From the NCBI GenBank assembly GCA_963783575.1, contig CAWAOD010000009.1, forward strand, positions 576,001-640,000: 64,000 nt of DNA. The letters are read 5' to 3'. The notes below the pieces were generated by a model that searched no databases, was not told the origin of the DNA, and was given only the letters and a program-made list of their open reading frames with translations. The first letter of the stretch is position 1, and each line of letters starts with the position of its first letter. Source of the stretch: an uncultured Spirochaetota bacterium (GTDB taxonomy: Bacteria; Spirochaetota; Brevinematia; Brevinematales; JAOACQ01). This document shows, one piece after another, positions 19,775 to 31,488 of the stretch. Made by a program: the position numbers and the translations under genes.

Positions 19775-21150
19775 TCACTCGTTTTTCATCGACAAAGGCT
19801 GGCCGGTTGATTCAAGGATGGAATGCCAGAGCTGGGCTCCAAGATCGATTGTTTTTCTTTTACTGGTTGCAAGTTCCATCGGTATATGTGTGAATTGCCC
19901 GTTGAAGTAGCCCACTAACAGCCCCGTCCTGCCTGACATTCCGGCATATACGGCCATTTCTGCAAGTTGTGAACAAAATATTGAATCGTTCGGGGTAGGT
20001 TCACGGCTCCTGATGCTGTAACTGGGGTCCAGATACTTTAATGCTACCGGCATTTCCCTTTTAGCAAAGTATTCCTTTATCCTGTCCTTCAGATATAGCC
20101 CGATATTTCCTAACTTTAAATTTCCCGAAGCGTCATACCTTAGATTATCAGGATCGCTAACATATTTCTGCCCTGCGCCTTCAGCTATAACGATTACTGC
20201 ATGCTTTCTTCTTTGCAGCCTTCTTTCAAGGTGTTTAAGCAGGCCGTTTTCACCATCCATATCGAAATCAAGCTCAGGAACAAGGAGAAAATTAACCTCA
20301 TTGGTTGCAAGAGTAGCGTTCGCAGCTATAAAACCGGATTCCCTGCCCATAACATTTACAATGCCAACACCGTTAACTGATGCCAGTGCTTCCGTATGCG
20401 CGGAATATATCGATTTACAGGCTTCCGAAAATGCGGTTTCCATACCGAAAGATTTGTCGATATAATTTATATCGTTGTCTATGGTTTTAGGAATACCGAT
20501 AACAGAAATCTTCAATCCTCTTTTCAGAATTTCATTATTAACGGCAAGCGCTCCCCGCAAAGTACCGTCGCCGCCGATTGTATAAAGGACTTTAACATTC
20601 AATTCAACAAGCCTGTCTACTATCTTTACAATACTCTGTTCCCCACGTGAGGAACCAAGGATTGTTCCGCCCTGGGTCTGTATCCCTTCAACTATTTCAG
20701 GCGTTAAAAGCTGGACTTCATAATTATTTTCTTTGATAAAACCGGCGTATCCGTATTTGATGCCGAATGTTATCTGATTGTTATAACGGTAGTAATTCAT
20801 CATCACAAGGCCCCGTATCACGGAATTGAGCCCGGGCACAAACCGCCGCAGGTTACAATCGCCGAAACTGTAAAGCCCGGTTCAAAATAAAGCTTGTTCC
20901 TTTCCCCGGCTTTTTCAAATGACGGAACAGGGATTTTATTTTTAATAAAACAATCTACTTTGGTTTTATCGATTATTGCCAGCACCCTTTCGTCATCGGG
21001 TACATACCTGATTCTATCATCTTTTTTATTTAAGGAGAATTTAGATGTTGTATCATATATGCAATCCCCAAGACGCCGGATTGAAAGATCAAAATCAATC
21101 AACTCCATTTGATCTTCGGAAAGGATAAAATCAATTTTTGTTTTCGGCAT
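19775..21150 (-). CDS. pfk: ATP-dependent 6-phosphofructokinase (mixed-substrate group X type); frameshift at ~20832
   Basis: IVTCGGLCPG-LNSVIR restored by one G in a G-run; GGTILGSSRG, GGDG, PKTIDND, MGRESGFIA. Confidence 0.85.
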
Positions 21151-21296
21151 ATGTATCTCCAGTATTAATATAATAGAATGTTAATTATAATCAAAATGTC
21201 TGTATTCGGCAAATTATGATTATAACACTATATTACGGGGAGGAGTGTACATTCAAGTCTTGGAGAGCCAGTATTTTTACGATTACTTTCCCGGAT

Positions 21297-21325
21297 TTGA
21301 CTTAAATTAAACTATTAATTAAAAT
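21297..21325 (+). promoter_or_regulatory. sigma70-type promoter
   Basis: TTGACT-N17-TAAAAT upstream of the XPB gene. Confidence 0.55.
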
Positions 21326-21360
21326 TAATATCTTTTTTTCTTTAAGGGTTGTGAGGATAA

Positions 21361-23055
21361 ATGGAACAGGATAAAGTGATCATTGTCCAGGCTGATAAAA
21401 CGCTTCTTCTTGATACGCATCACCCTCAGTTTGAAAATGTAAGGAAAAAAATCATTAGTTTTTCCGAACTTATTAAAACACCGGAACACATTCACTTCTA
21501 CCGCATTACTCCAATATCATTGTGGAATTCCGCAGCAAATGGAGTTCCTCTGGAAGAAATCTTATCCATCCTTGATAAATATAAAAAATATGAAATACCA
21601 AAAAATGTTTTTGAATATATAAAGCGGCATTATTCCATTTATGGGAAAGTCCTTTTTGAAAGCGGCGATCAGGGTAAAATGATTATTCGTGTACTTGATG
21701 ATAAACTTCTTGAAAAAGTCAGGTCGTTAACAGAAAAATATATCGAATATGCGGATAATGAATTTCTTGTCGTAGATAAAAAGTTGAGAGGCCAGATTAA
21801 AAGCGACCTGATCAAACATCTGATTCCAGTTAAGGATATTGCAGGTTTTGACAGCGGTAATACAATGGAATTTTCAATCAAGAAGATTACACTTGATGAA
21901 AAAGAATTTGCATTAAGATATTATCAGTCCGAATCGGTTTATAGCTTCTCAAAATGGAAAGAAGGAAGCGGCGTAATTGTACTTCCATGCGGAGCGGGCA
22001 AAACTATTGTCGGAATCGGGATTATGCATGATATTAAGGAATATACCCTAATAATTACTACAAGTGTTGAGGCAATCAGGCAATGGAAAAGGGAGATTCT
22101 TGACAAAACAACTCTTAATCCGGATGATATCGGGGAATATACGGCACAAAAAAAAGAAATTAAGCCGATCACAATTACCACTTACAATATGCTTATACAT
22201 AAAAATAATAAAAGTGAAGAAATGCGGAATATCAATATTTTCACGGATCAGAACTGGGGGTTGATTATTTATGACGAAGTTCATATTTTACCCGCCCCCA
22301 TTTTTCGAATGACAACATTCATACAAAGCAAACGCCGGCTTGGATTAACAGCGACCCTTGTCAGGGAAGACAACCTGGAAAGCGAGGTCTTTACTTTAAT
22401 CGGTCCGAAGATATATGAATACTCATGGAAGGCTCTTGAAAAAGAGGGGTGGATTGCCCAGGCTATCTGTTTTGAAATAGAAATACCGTTGAGTAAGGAA
22501 GATGATTTATTATATCTTAATGCCGGTCAGAGGATGAAATTCAGGATTTCTTCAGAAAATATTAATAAATTAAAGGTTATTAAAAACCTTCTACAGAAAT
22601 ATCGAAATCATCATGTACTGGTTATCGGGCATTATATCAGCCAGCTTGAAGAAATATCAAAATTATTCGGTATTCCGCTTATTACGGGAGAAACGCCCAA
22701 TCAAGACCGTGAAGTTATGTATCATGATTTCAGGAAAGGTCTGATCGGGGCTCTGGCAATATCACGGGTGGGCAATTTTTCAATTGATTTGCCGGTTGCT
22801 GATGTTGCTATTCAGGTTTCTGGAATATTCGGTTCCAGGCAGGAGGAAGCTCAGAGACTTGGACGAATTTTAAGGCCTCAGATCGGGAAATCCTATTTTT
22901 ATACACTGGTTTCTAAAGACACAATTGAGGAGGAATTTGCAAGGAAAAGACAGATGTTTTTACTGGAACAGGGATACCAGTACACAATAATCGATTGTTC
23001 TGATAAAAACGGTTCGCAGGAAATTACTGAAGTTATTGCGGATAATGTGGTTTAG
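21361..23055 (+). CDS. XPB/ERCC3-like SF2 DNA helicase
   Basis: N-terminal Helicase_C_3 (ELIKTPEHIHFYRITPISLWN), LPCGAGKT, DEVH, GLTATLVRED, QRLGRILR. Confidence 0.9.
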   Translation: MEQDKVIIVQADKTLLLDTHHPQFENVRKKIISFSELIKTPEHIHFYRITPISLWNSAANGVPLEEILSILDKYKKYEIPKNVFEYIKRHYSIYGKVLFESGDQGKMIIRVLDDKLLEKVRSLTEKYIEYADNEFLVVDKKLRGQIKSDLIKHLIPVKDIAGFDSGNTMEFSIKKITLDEKEFALRYYQSESVYSFSKWKEGSGVIVLPCGAGKTIVGIGIMHDIKEYTLIITTSVEAIRQWKREILDKTTLNPDDIGEYTAQKKEIKPITITTYNMLIHKNNKSEEMRNINIFTDQNWGLIIYDEVHILPAPIFRMTTFIQSKRRLGLTATLVREDNLESEVFTLIGPKIYEYSWKALEKEGWIAQAICFEIEIPLSKEDDLLYLNAGQRMKFRISSENINKLKVIKNLLQKYRNHHVLVIGHYISQLEEISKLFGIPLITGETPNQDREVMYHDFRKGLIGALAISRVGNFSIDLPVADVAIQVSGIFGSRQEEAQRLGRILRPQIGKSYFYTLVSKDTIEEEFARKRQMFLLEQGYQYTIIDCSDKNGSQEITEVIADNVV

Positions 23056-23078
23056 CGTTTATTTTACAGGGGGAAATT

Positions 23079-23531
23079 ATGCTTGAAGGCAGAGAAGCGA
23101 GCAGTTTGAACAGCAAAACTGTTATGGACTGGATGATTAAGGAAGAACCGAAACTGGTTAAAATGATTTATGATTATTTTTTTAATATTAACTCCGAGTT
23201 ATCTTTTGACAGTGAAGAAAACACGAAACGTCTTGAAAAAGTAAGGAATTATTTCGAGAAAAATTCCGAGATTATTTATAGTTCTTTAAATAAAAATGAA
23301 AAGCTTTTACTTTATATTATGAAAAACGGATTCGGCTGGATTGTCTATGAAAATATCGAATCGACGCTAAGAATCATATCAAAAATTTTTCACTTTGATT
23401 ATAATGATTTGTCTCAGGCGGTAGATTCGCTTTTTAAAAAGTTTCTGATTTTCAAGTATGAACGTATCAAAAGATACAGCTTTTTCTTTTCCCCACCATT
23501 TTTCTTAAAAAGTATCAACAAATTTACATGA
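23079..23531 (+). CDS. Hypothetical protein, possibly the N-terminal part of the XPB partner
   Basis: ATGA overlap with 23528; may be a split gene. Confidence 0.5.
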   Translation: MLEGREASSLNSKTVMDWMIKEEPKLVKMIYDYFFNINSELSFDSEENTKRLEKVRNYFEKNSEIIYSSLNKNEKLLLYIMKNGFGWIVYENIESTLRIISKIFHFDYNDLSQAVDSLFKKFLIFKYERIKRYSFFFSPPFFLKSINKFT

Positions 23532-24820
23532 GTTCCGCAGAAATATTTGACGAGAATTATGATTTTTTTGAAGAACCGGTCGATCTCCTATCCAAGGATT
23601 ATATACCGCTTATCGCAGGTCTGATTTCATATGTGGTCACTTATTCGCCGAGAAGCTCCGAAAATAATGAAATTCATAAAATAGATCTCACAAAAATGCT
23701 TGATTTCTTTTCGGATTTTACAGAAAGAGATTATCTTGAACAAATAATAAAAAAATTGACCAGATTCGGTTTTTTTCATAAATTCAATAACAGGATTATA
23801 ATTAATAAATCTTTATTCGACGCGATTTTAAATTTATCCATCAACGAACAGCTTTTTGTCCTGTTTTTATATGATTTTATGGATAAGTTTGATTTCCGGA
23901 AAAGCGCTTTTATGACATTAAAAATTCTTGCCGTAAGATCAAACAATCACATGAAATGTGTTCCGCTAAGGGAATTGTTTTTTTATTATTTAAATAATGA
24001 AATCTATATATCTTTAAAAAATGACGCGAAAAATTTGAAACTTCTTATTCAACAGGAAGAATTAAAATTCATATTTTTTGTTAAAAACCTTGAGGCTGAA
24101 AATATTGTTATGTTAAAAAGAAAAGACCCGGAAAAAATTTCAATAGCTTCCGACTATGCTATCATAAATGAACCGCATGCATCTCTCTTAAACAATGTAA
24201 ATTTTGAAAACAGGTTTACCGAAGATAAATTTGTTGTAGAAGCAAACTTCGAGGTTATTGTTGACCCTTACACAAGACCTGACATACTGTTCAAATTATC
24301 GCTCATTACGGAACCGCTTACAATCCAAACGATATCGATTTTTAAAATCACAAAGGAATCAATTTACCGTTCTCTGGCTTATGGAATTAAAAAAGAGGAA
24401 GTTCTTGAATTTTTGGTTCAAAATTCAAGACACCCGATTCCGAATAATGTTGCTGAAGCGATCAGGAGTTTTGTCAATAATTTGTCAATGGAAAAGATCG
24501 ACTATTATAAAATAATACAGATAAGCGCGCATTTTTCTTTTATAATTAAGGATAACTTTAAAAATCAGGTAATAGAAGTTGAACCTCATACATTCCTGGT
24601 CTTTAACTCCGATGTATTGAAAAGAATTGAAGAATTCTGTAAAGCTCAGCGTATAATAATCAAATATGTGAATGATTTCCTTAGCGATAAATACGGTATT
24701 TCACTCCTCCCAAATTCTCTTGCGCATAATATCAAACATCTTCATACTATGAAGGATTTTTTTGATTTTTATGGAAGCGAACCGGTAGGTGTAAATTTAA
24801 AGATTGATAATGGTTTTTAA
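23528..24820 (+). CDS. Helicase-associated (Helicase_C_3) domain protein, XPB partner
   Basis: FVVEANFEVIV...FKITKESIYRSLAYG...FLVQNSRHPIPNNV domain. Confidence 0.7.
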   Translation: MSSAEIFDENYDFFEEPVDLLSKDYIPLIAGLISYVVTYSPRSSENNEIHKIDLTKMLDFFSDFTERDYLEQIIKKLTRFGFFHKFNNRIIINKSLFDAILNLSINEQLFVLFLYDFMDKFDFRKSAFMTLKILAVRSNNHMKCVPLRELFFYYLNNEIYISLKNDAKNLKLLIQQEELKFIFFVKNLEAENIVMLKRKDPEKISIASDYAIINEPHASLLNNVNFENRFTEDKFVVEANFEVIVDPYTRPDILFKLSLITEPLTIQTISIFKITKESIYRSLAYGIKKEEVLEFLVQNSRHPIPNNVAEAIRSFVNNLSMEKIDYYKIIQISAHFSFIIKDNFKNQVIEVEPHTFLVFNSDVLKRIEEFCKAQRIIIKYVNDFLSDKYGISLLPNSLAHNIKHLHTMKDFFDFYGSEPVGVNLKIDNGF

Positions 24821-24941
24821 TTAAATATTTTATTAACAAAGTTGTTTTTTGTATTTAAGTTCATTATAATCATGTTCAAGTCTATAAAATAATATATAGA
24901 AATCATAAGTAAGGATTATTTCCCGCGAGGAGGATTATCTT

Positions 24942-25409
24942 ATGAAATTAGTCGAGTTATTAAAGGTGGAATTTGTAGAAATCGGTTTAAATGGGAAATC
25001 AAAAGATGAAATATTGCAGAATATTGCCGGTTTTATATCAAAAGCTCATCCAACGATAGATAAAAAAGATGCTCATAAAGCAATTGCCGATAGAGAGAAA
25101 AAAGGATCGACAGGTCTTGGTAATGGCCTGGCTATTCCGCATGGCAGAAGCCCGAAAGTTGACGGTATGCATCTTGTTGTTATTTATGACCGTGACGGCA
25201 AAGACTTTGAGGCTTATGACAAAAAGCCTTCGCATATGTTTTTTGCAGCGATTACATCCGATGATTATAGTCCTCATGAACAGCTTGAAGTTCTCAGGAT
25301 CATTGCAGAAATTTATGAAAAAACAGATATAAGTTCAAGTGTTCAAAATGTAAAAACACCAGAAGAACTGTTTGAGCTTCTTCTAAAAAAGGAAGAAGAG
25401 ATTTCCTGA
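24942..25409 (+). CDS. Stand-alone PTS EIIA (Ntr/Fru type)
   Basis: REKKGSTGLGNGLAIPHGR phospho-His motif. Confidence 0.85.
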   Translation: MKLVELLKVEFVEIGLNGKSKDEILQNIAGFISKAHPTIDKKDAHKAIADREKKGSTGLGNGLAIPHGRSPKVDGMHLVVIYDRDGKDFEAYDKKPSHMFFAAITSDDYSPHEQLEVLRIIAEIYEKTDISSSVQNVKTPEELFELLLKKEEEIS

Positions 25410-25444
25410 TGAAACAAATTTAAAAGGAATAAAATTCCTATAAT

Positions 25445-26140
25445 TTGGTAAATAAAATGGCTGTTAAAAAAAAACGGAAAAAAAGCGGAAAGTTCACTCC
25501 TTTGATATGGATTGTCACTGGGGCATTGATCGCTTTTTTTATATCGTATTCAGGCAATCTGGCAAAGATAAATATTTTGCAGAAATCGAAGAATAGCCCA
25601 TCCGATTCCACAAATATTTCGCCGCTGGATTTTCTCTTCAAATCAAAAAAATCCGCATCATTAATTTTGACAAATCAAAACACTAATACCGAAAAAGAAG
25701 AGCAGCTATCTGCAATCCCTTCAGCCGTTAAGATTTTTCTGGCTTCCCAGAACGGGAATGAAATCAATCTTGTTGAGAAAACCGTCAATATTACAAAGGG
25801 ACCTGCACAGCTCAAAGATACTTTGGAGTCTCTTATCAATTACAGGGAGGATCCTCTTTTAAACCTTGTTCCTTTAAACACAAAAATCAGAAAAGTCTGG
25901 ATAAAAAATGATGTGGCTTACATTGACTTCAGTGAGGATTTTTCCTATAACTCTTATGGTATAATCGGCTATAAAATTCAGATCTATCAGGTTGTTTATA
26001 CGGCCACACAATTTCCCCAGGTGAAAGCGGTTTATTTTTATATGGAAGGTAAGCCTGTGGAATACCTCGGTGGAGACGGCTACATCATTCATAACCCTAT
26101 CTATCCATATTCCTCGCTCCCGAAATTTTCTATGCAATAG
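25445..26140 (+). CDS. GerMN domain membrane protein
   Basis: N-terminal TM; AYIDFSEDF...IYQVVYTATQFPQVKAVYFYMEGK. Confidence 0.8.
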   Translation: MVNKMAVKKKRKKSGKFTPLIWIVTGALIAFFISYSGNLAKINILQKSKNSPSDSTNISPLDFLFKSKKSASLILTNQNTNTEKEEQLSAIPSAVKIFLASQNGNEINLVEKTVNITKGPAQLKDTLESLINYREDPLLNLVPLNTKIRKVWIKNDVAYIDFSEDFSYNSYGIIGYKIQIYQVVYTATQFPQVKAVYFYMEGKPVEYLGGDGYIIHNPIYPYSSLPKFSMQ

Positions 26141-26566
26141 ATTATCAACACTTTTCAAATTCCAACCTTAGCTCAGGACATTACCTTTTCATCAATTTAA
26201 TTCATGGCGATAAAAGCAAAGACAACGGAAAACAATTTTTTAAATAACAGCTATGAAAATTTTTAATCGTAAATTATTCTCTTATAATAATGATATTTTA
26301 TATTTTTAAAAATATTTTGTCATCGGGGTAAATATTTAGTTTAGAAAAATATTTAATATGAAGGGCGTTATAACATTGATTTCAGACATACGATTATTGG
26401 ATTCAAGTATTGATTTCATCAGGAAATTTTTCAAAATCTGTATATCATAAAAATATTTATAAAGTATTTGCCAAAGAAATTCATCTGTTTTATAATTAAA
26501 GTTTGGATGAATATGAAAGAAGCTGTTATTACGGTTTTATTCATTGATTGATTTTGGAGGTCTTGC

Positions 26567-28351
26567 ATGACTAAGAACAAAATACTTTTAAAATGGGTTG
26601 AAGAAATGGCATCCGTTTGCAAACCCGAAAAGATTCACTGGTGCGACGGCACAGAGGAAGAGTACAACAAAATGGCTGAAGATCTTGTAAAAAACGGAAC
26701 ATTTATAAAGTTAAATGAACATAAGCGGCCCAACAGTTACTATGCAAGATCGGATGCCGGGGATGTCGCTCGCGTGGAAGACAGGACTTTCATCTGCTCA
26801 AAAAATAAAGAAGACGCCGGTCCAACTAATAACTGGGTTGATCCAGTTGAAATGAAGAAAAAAATGCTAGACTTATATAAAGGTTGTATGATTGGAAGAA
26901 CAATGTTTGTAATCCCTTTCAGCATGGGACCTCTCGGTTCTAATATCTCGCATATTGGAGTAGAGTTGACCGATTCTCCCTATGTAGTTTGTAATATGAA
27001 AATTATGACCAGAATGGGGCAGAAAGTCCTTGACGTACTTGGCGATGGTGAATTCGTGCCATGTCTTCATTCGGTTGGCGCGCCTCTGAAACCCGGCCAA
27101 AAAGACGTTCCATGGCCGTGCAATCCCGATAATAAATACATTGTACATTTCCCAGAGGAAAAAACTATATGGTCATATGGATCGGGGTACGGCGGTAATG
27201 CGTTGCTCGGGAAAAAATGCTTTGCTTTAAGGATCGCATCGGTTATGGCAAAAGAAGAAGGCTGGCTGGCTGAGCATATGCTGATCCTTGGAATAACTAA
27301 TCCTAAAGGAGAAAAATATTATGTAGCAGCGGCATTTCCAAGCGCCTGCGGTAAGACCAATCTGGCCATGCTTATCCCTACGATCCCAGGATGGAAGGTT
27401 GACTGCATTGGTGATGATATTGCCTGGATGAAGTTCGGAAAAGACGGAAGGCTTTACGCAATAAACCCTGAATCGGGCTTTTTTGGCGTCGCGCCCGGAA
27501 CTTCAATGAAGTCAAATCCAAATGCTATGTTTTCGTTAAAAAGGAATTCCATTTTTACTAATACAGCCCTTACCCTGGATGGAGATATCTGGTGGGAGGA
27601 AATGACAGATAAACCCCCCGATAAATTGATCGACTGGAATGGGAATGAATGGGTTCCAGAATCCGGGAAAAAGGCGGCTCATCCCAACGCCCGCTTTACA
27701 TCTCCGGCATCCCAATGCCCGGCGATTGACCCTGCCTGGGAAGACCCTAAAGGAGTCCCTATTTCCGCGATACTTTTCGGAGGGAGAAGATCTTCCGTGG
27801 TTCCGCTTGTACACCAATCTTTCAACTGGCAGCATGGAACTTTCTTAGGCTCCATTATGGCAAGCGAAACAACCGCAGCGGCAGCAGGGGCAGTCGGGAA
27901 ATTACGACGCGACCCATTTGCAATGCTTCCTTTCTGCGGATATCATATGGGGGATTATTTTTCACATTGGATTAAAATTGGGAAGAAAAGCACTGAGGAT
28001 AAACTGCCAAAGATATTTTATGTAAACTGGTTCAGAAAATCCCCTGATGGAAAATGGCTGTGGCCCGGTTACGGCGAGAACAGCCGTGTGCTCAAATGGG
28101 TGATTGAGAGGATTAACGGTGGCTCTAAAGCAGAAAAAACGGCCATTGGTTATGTTCCATCGATAGACGGCCTTGATCTATCAGGCTTGAAAATAGATAA
28201 CAATGACTTGAAAATCCTTTTAAGCGTAGATAATGAAGAGTGGAAAAATGAGATCCAAGGGATTCATGATCATTTCAAGCAATTCGGCAGCCGTTTACCT
28301 GAAGAACTCAATATAGAACTCAATAATCTTAAGAAAAGACTAAATGATTAA
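26567..28351 (+). CDS. pckG: Phosphoenolpyruvate carboxykinase (GTP)
   Basis: [44 protein letters not shown]. Confidence 0.95.
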   Translation: MTKNKILLKWVEEMASVCKPEKIHWCDGTEEEYNKMAEDLVKNGTFIKLNEHKRPNSYYARSDAGDVARVEDRTFICSKNKEDAGPTNNWVDPVEMKKKMLDLYKGCMIGRTMFVIPFSMGPLGSNISHIGVELTDSPYVVCNMKIMTRMGQKVLDVLGDGEFVPCLHSVGAPLKPGQKDVPWPCNPDNKYIVHFPEEKTIWSYGSGYGGNALLGKKCFALRIASVMAKEEGWLAEHMLILGITNPKGEKYYVAAAFPSACGKTNLAMLIPTIPGWKVDCIGDDIAWMKFGKDGRLYAINPESGFFGVAPGTSMKSNPNAMFSLKRNSIFTNTALTLDGDIWWEEMTDKPPDKLIDWNGNEWVPESGKKAAHPNARFTSPASQCPAIDPAWEDPKGVPISAILFGGRRSSVVPLVHQSFNWQHGTFLGSIMASETTAAAAGAVGKLRRDPFAMLPFCGYHMGDYFSHWIKIGKKSTEDKLPKIFYVNWFRKSPDGKWLWPGYGENSRVLKWVIERINGGSKAEKTAIGYVPSIDGLDLSGLKIDNNDLKILLSVDNEEWKNEIQGIHDHFKQFGSRLPEELNIELNNLKKRLND

Positions 28352-28365
28352 GTGTGCAAATCGGT

Positions 28366-28391
28366 AAAGGGATGATATGAATCATCCCTTT
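28366..28391. terminator. Bidirectional terminator
   Basis: AAAGGGATGAT-ATGA-ATCATCCCTTT between convergent genes. Confidence 0.75.
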
Positions 28392-29836
28392 TACCCTTTA
28401 TTTTCTGCCGTTTTGATCTTTAAAAGGTTCTTTGAAACAACTTTATCTTTATAAATTTCTGGCAGATATTTTTTTACCATTGCTATCAATTCATCCTCAG
28501 ATATTGATGTAACTCTTCCTTCATCATATTCTTTTACAACCCAGGAGTAAATTTCTTTAACTCCTGCATGGTCTTTATGGATTTCATCCTTTTTATCAAG
28601 ATTGAAATATACGTTAATCCAGGCGCAAATACCGGATGCCCCTGATTTATCCGTTATTATTACTTCGGGAGACCTGTTAAGTATGGCTTTTGTGTCAAAA
28701 ATATTATAAATCTCCTCATCCTTTAGAAGCCCATCGGCATGTATTCCGGCTCTGGTGGTATTGAAATCCTTACCAACAAAGGGCATATTGACAGGAATAA
28801 CCGTATTTGTATGCATTTCCAGAAAATTCCTTATTTTTGTTATGACGCTTAAATCCATACCATTAGATGTTCCGAATAACTGCGTATATTCAACCGCCAT
28901 GCCTTCAAGCGGGGTGTTTCCAGTTCTTTCTCCGAACCCTAACAGCGTTGTATTTACTGCACAGCAGCCGTAAAGCCAGGCTGTGGCTCCATTAACCAGA
29001 GCCTTGTAAAAATCGTTATGGCCATGCCATTCAAGATTTTCCGAAGGAACCCCGGCGTATTCACGCAAACCATAAATTATTCCCTGAACAGAACGCGGCA
29101 GGGCGCTACCAGGATAATTGACGCCTAGGCCAAGGGTATCGCAGGCACGAATTTTTACCGGTATCTTTGATTCTTCCGCAATTTTCATTAATTCCGTGGC
29201 AAAAGGAACAACAAACCCGTAAAAGTCAGCCCTTGTTATGTCCTCAAAATGGCATCGAGGTATTACCCCTGCTGCAATGGCATCCTTAACTATCCCGAGA
29301 TAGAGATCCAATACCTCTCTTCTGTTCCTTTTCATTTTTTTGAAAATATGATAATCTGAGACGGACGTCAGAATACCGGTTTCTTTCATACCAAGACTTT
29401 TGACTAATTCAAAGTCAGATTTCGATGCTCTTACCCAGGAAGTGATTTCCGGATATTTAAAATCCAGTTCCAAACATTTTTCAACAGAGTCTCGGTCCCT
29501 TTTACTGTAAAGAAAAAACTCGGTCTGCCGTATCATTCCTTTTGGCCCGCCAAGCTCATTCAGATATTTGAAAAGCTGCACGATATGATCAATTTCGTAT
29601 GGCGGCCTGGATTGCTGTCCGTCCCGGAAAGAAGTATCGGTAATCCAGACATCTTTCGGAGTCTGCATCGGGACAAAACGGTCATTGAAAGGTATTTTCG
29701 GAACTTCCGTGTAGGGAAAAATATTGCGGTAATACTGACCTTCCTGAACATCCTCAAGGATATAAGTGTCCGGTGCGGCTTTCAACCTCCCGGTTTTTTC
29801 TTTTTTTATCAATGGTTTGTCAAGGTTATACTCCAT
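28391..29836 (-). CDS. Re-citrate synthase-like DRE-TIM metallolyase
   Basis: FPYTEVPKIPF, ITDTSFRDGQQS, HFEDITRAD, WHGHNDF, GERTGN, AGIHADGLLK, resembling clostridial Re-citrate synthase. Confidence 0.75.
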   Translation of the reverse strand: MEYNLDKPLIKKEKTGRLKAAPDTYILEDVQEGQYYRNIFPYTEVPKIPFNDRFVPMQTPKDVWITDTSFRDGQQSRPPYEIDHIVQLFKYLNELGGPKGMIRQTEFFLYSKRDRDSVEKCLELDFKYPEITSWVRASKSDFELVKSLGMKETGILTSVSDYHIFKKMKRNRREVLDLYLGIVKDAIAAGVIPRCHFEDITRADFYGFVVPFATELMKIAEESKIPVKIRACDTLGLGVNYPGSALPRSVQGIIYGLREYAGVPSENLEWHGHNDFYKALVNGATAWLYGCCAVNTTLLGFGERTGNTPLEGMAVEYTQLFGTSNGMDLSVITKIRNFLEMHTNTVIPVNMPFVGKDFNTTRAGIHADGLLKDEEIYNIFDTKAILNRSPEVIITDKSGASGICAWINVYFNLDKKDEIHKDHAGVKEIYSWVVKEYDEGRVTSISEDELIAMVKKYLPEIYKDKVVSKNLLKIKTAENKG

Positions 29837-29987
29837 AATTCCATCCTTATTATAATATAGCTTTGGTATTAATTCATTATATTATAATAAGTTCCGGTTT
29901 GAAAGTCAAAGAATGCTTCAATTTCCCTATTTATAGAATTTCTTTTCAAATATCAGGTAATTTAGTATAATAAATAAAGGCGGTTTA

Positions 29988-30495
29988 ATAGGATAAAAGT
30001 GAAGTAATACCATTCCAGCTTATTACAATTGATCTGCTTTCAGAATTAATTGTAAAAGCAAAGAATTCAGAACGGCTTCGTATGAATTATAATCTGCAAG
30101 AACTCCAGGATCAGGTCCAGCGTTTTTTAAACGCTATCGAGCCTGGTTCTTATATCCGGCCGCTCCGGCATGAAAATCCTCCGAAAACCGAATGTTTTGT
30201 AATTTTGAAAGGAAAATGCCTGATTTTTATTTTCGATGATGAAGGAAGAATTCTCTATATCAAAGAATTGAGCGAAAAGGGAAACCGCTGAGTTGATATA
30301 AATCCGGGCGTCTGGCATACAATAATAAGTTTGGAATCCGGAAGCGTTTTCTTTGAGGTAAAGGATGGACCTTATATACCATTAACCGACAAGGATTTCG
30401 CAGCCTGGGCCCCGCCTGAAAAAACTTCCGAATCTGTTGTTTACCTTAATTATTTAAAAAGAATGGCGAAAAACCTTAGTAATAAAAAATTATAA
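29988..30495 (+). pseudogene. WbuC-family cupin, degraded
   Basis: Start appears as ATAG after an RBS; in-frame TGA at 30289 continues VDINPGVWHT...FEVKDGPY...WAP; expected His residues read Q and L (NLQ, RPLRH). Confidence 0.75.
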
Positions 30496-30525
30496 TAACC
30501 ATTCCAAATAATTGGTAATTCCAAG

Positions 30526-31368
30526 TTACAGTAGTTTAATTCCATTATCAAAAATTTGGATTTTTCCTTCCTTATAAAGCATTCCGGCGGCTTTTTTAAA
30601 AGATTTTTTACTCATCTCAAGAGCAGACTGTATGGTTTCAGGCGGGCTATTGTCATTCAAAGGCAGGAAGCCTTTACTGTCTTTCAAGGCCTTAAATAAT
30701 CGGGCTTTACATGCATTGATTTCTTCAAGACCGTTTTTTCTTATAGTGACATCGATTTTACCGTCATCGCGAATTGTTTTTATATAGCCCTGAAGATTGT
30801 CCCCGATGTTAATTTTTTTGTAAACATCGTTCTGATAAAGTATCCCGGCATATTTTTGATTGATAATCGATTTATATCCCAGATCAGTAATTGCATAAAT
30901 AAGAAGGTTTACAATTACTCCAGTTTTTAAAAGATCCCTGTCTTCATCCAGGATTTCCCTTTCAAGAAATTTATCGATCTTTGCGGAAGCGAAAAGCCTG
31001 TCCGTCAATTTATCAAGACAGAGTTTTACAACATAACGCTTTCCTTTTTCAATGAATTTCGGCTGTTCACTGTAAGGCAGAAGAAGCTGGTTATCAATCC
31101 CCCAGTCCAGAAAAGCCCCGTATTTATTGATATCTTTCACTTCAAGAAAAGCGTATCCTTCAAGAATAAATTCAGGCTTCTGTGTTGTAGCGATTGGCCT
31201 ATTTTCTGAATCTTTATAAATAAAAACATGCAGGGTATCACCGATTTTTGTCCCTTTAGCCACATATTTTGCCGGTAGTAAAATTTCACTGTCTCCTGTG
31301 TTGAGATAAATCCCGAAATTCAATTCCTTAACGACTTTAAGATCATAATATTTGCCGATCTCGATCAT
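30526..31368 (-). CDS. cvfB: CvfB-family S1 RNA-binding protein
   Basis: FIYKDSENR, GAFLDWGI, DGKIDV, C-terminal winged helix MSKKSFKKAAG. Confidence 0.85.
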   Translation of the reverse strand: MIEIGKYYDLKVVKELNFGIYLNTGDSEILLPAKYVAKGTKIGDTLHVFIYKDSENRPIATTQKPEFILEGYAFLEVKDINKYGAFLDWGIDNQLLLPYSEQPKFIEKGKRYVVKLCLDKLTDRLFASAKIDKFLEREILDEDRDLLKTGVIVNLLIYAITDLGYKSIINQKYAGILYQNDVYKKINIGDNLQGYIKTIRDDGKIDVTIRKNGLEEINACKARLFKALKDSKGFLPLNDNSPPETIQSALEMSKKSFKKAAGMLYKEGKIQIFDNGIKLL

Positions 31369-31488
31369 ACCTGTCTCCCGAATCTATATTTTAATTGGAT
31401 TCCTAAGATATTACAATATATTAATTTTTCCTTTTTTGTTTAATACAATATAATAATAACCGAATTACGCAATGAAAGGAGATTTTAA

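Noticed and set aside
5134..30291. Stop-codon reassignment, selenocysteine or pyrrolysine at in-frame stops
   Set aside because: The three stops differ (TAG, TAA, TGA), each is one substitution from the expected residue (W, Y, G), and all three codons terminate normal genes in this window
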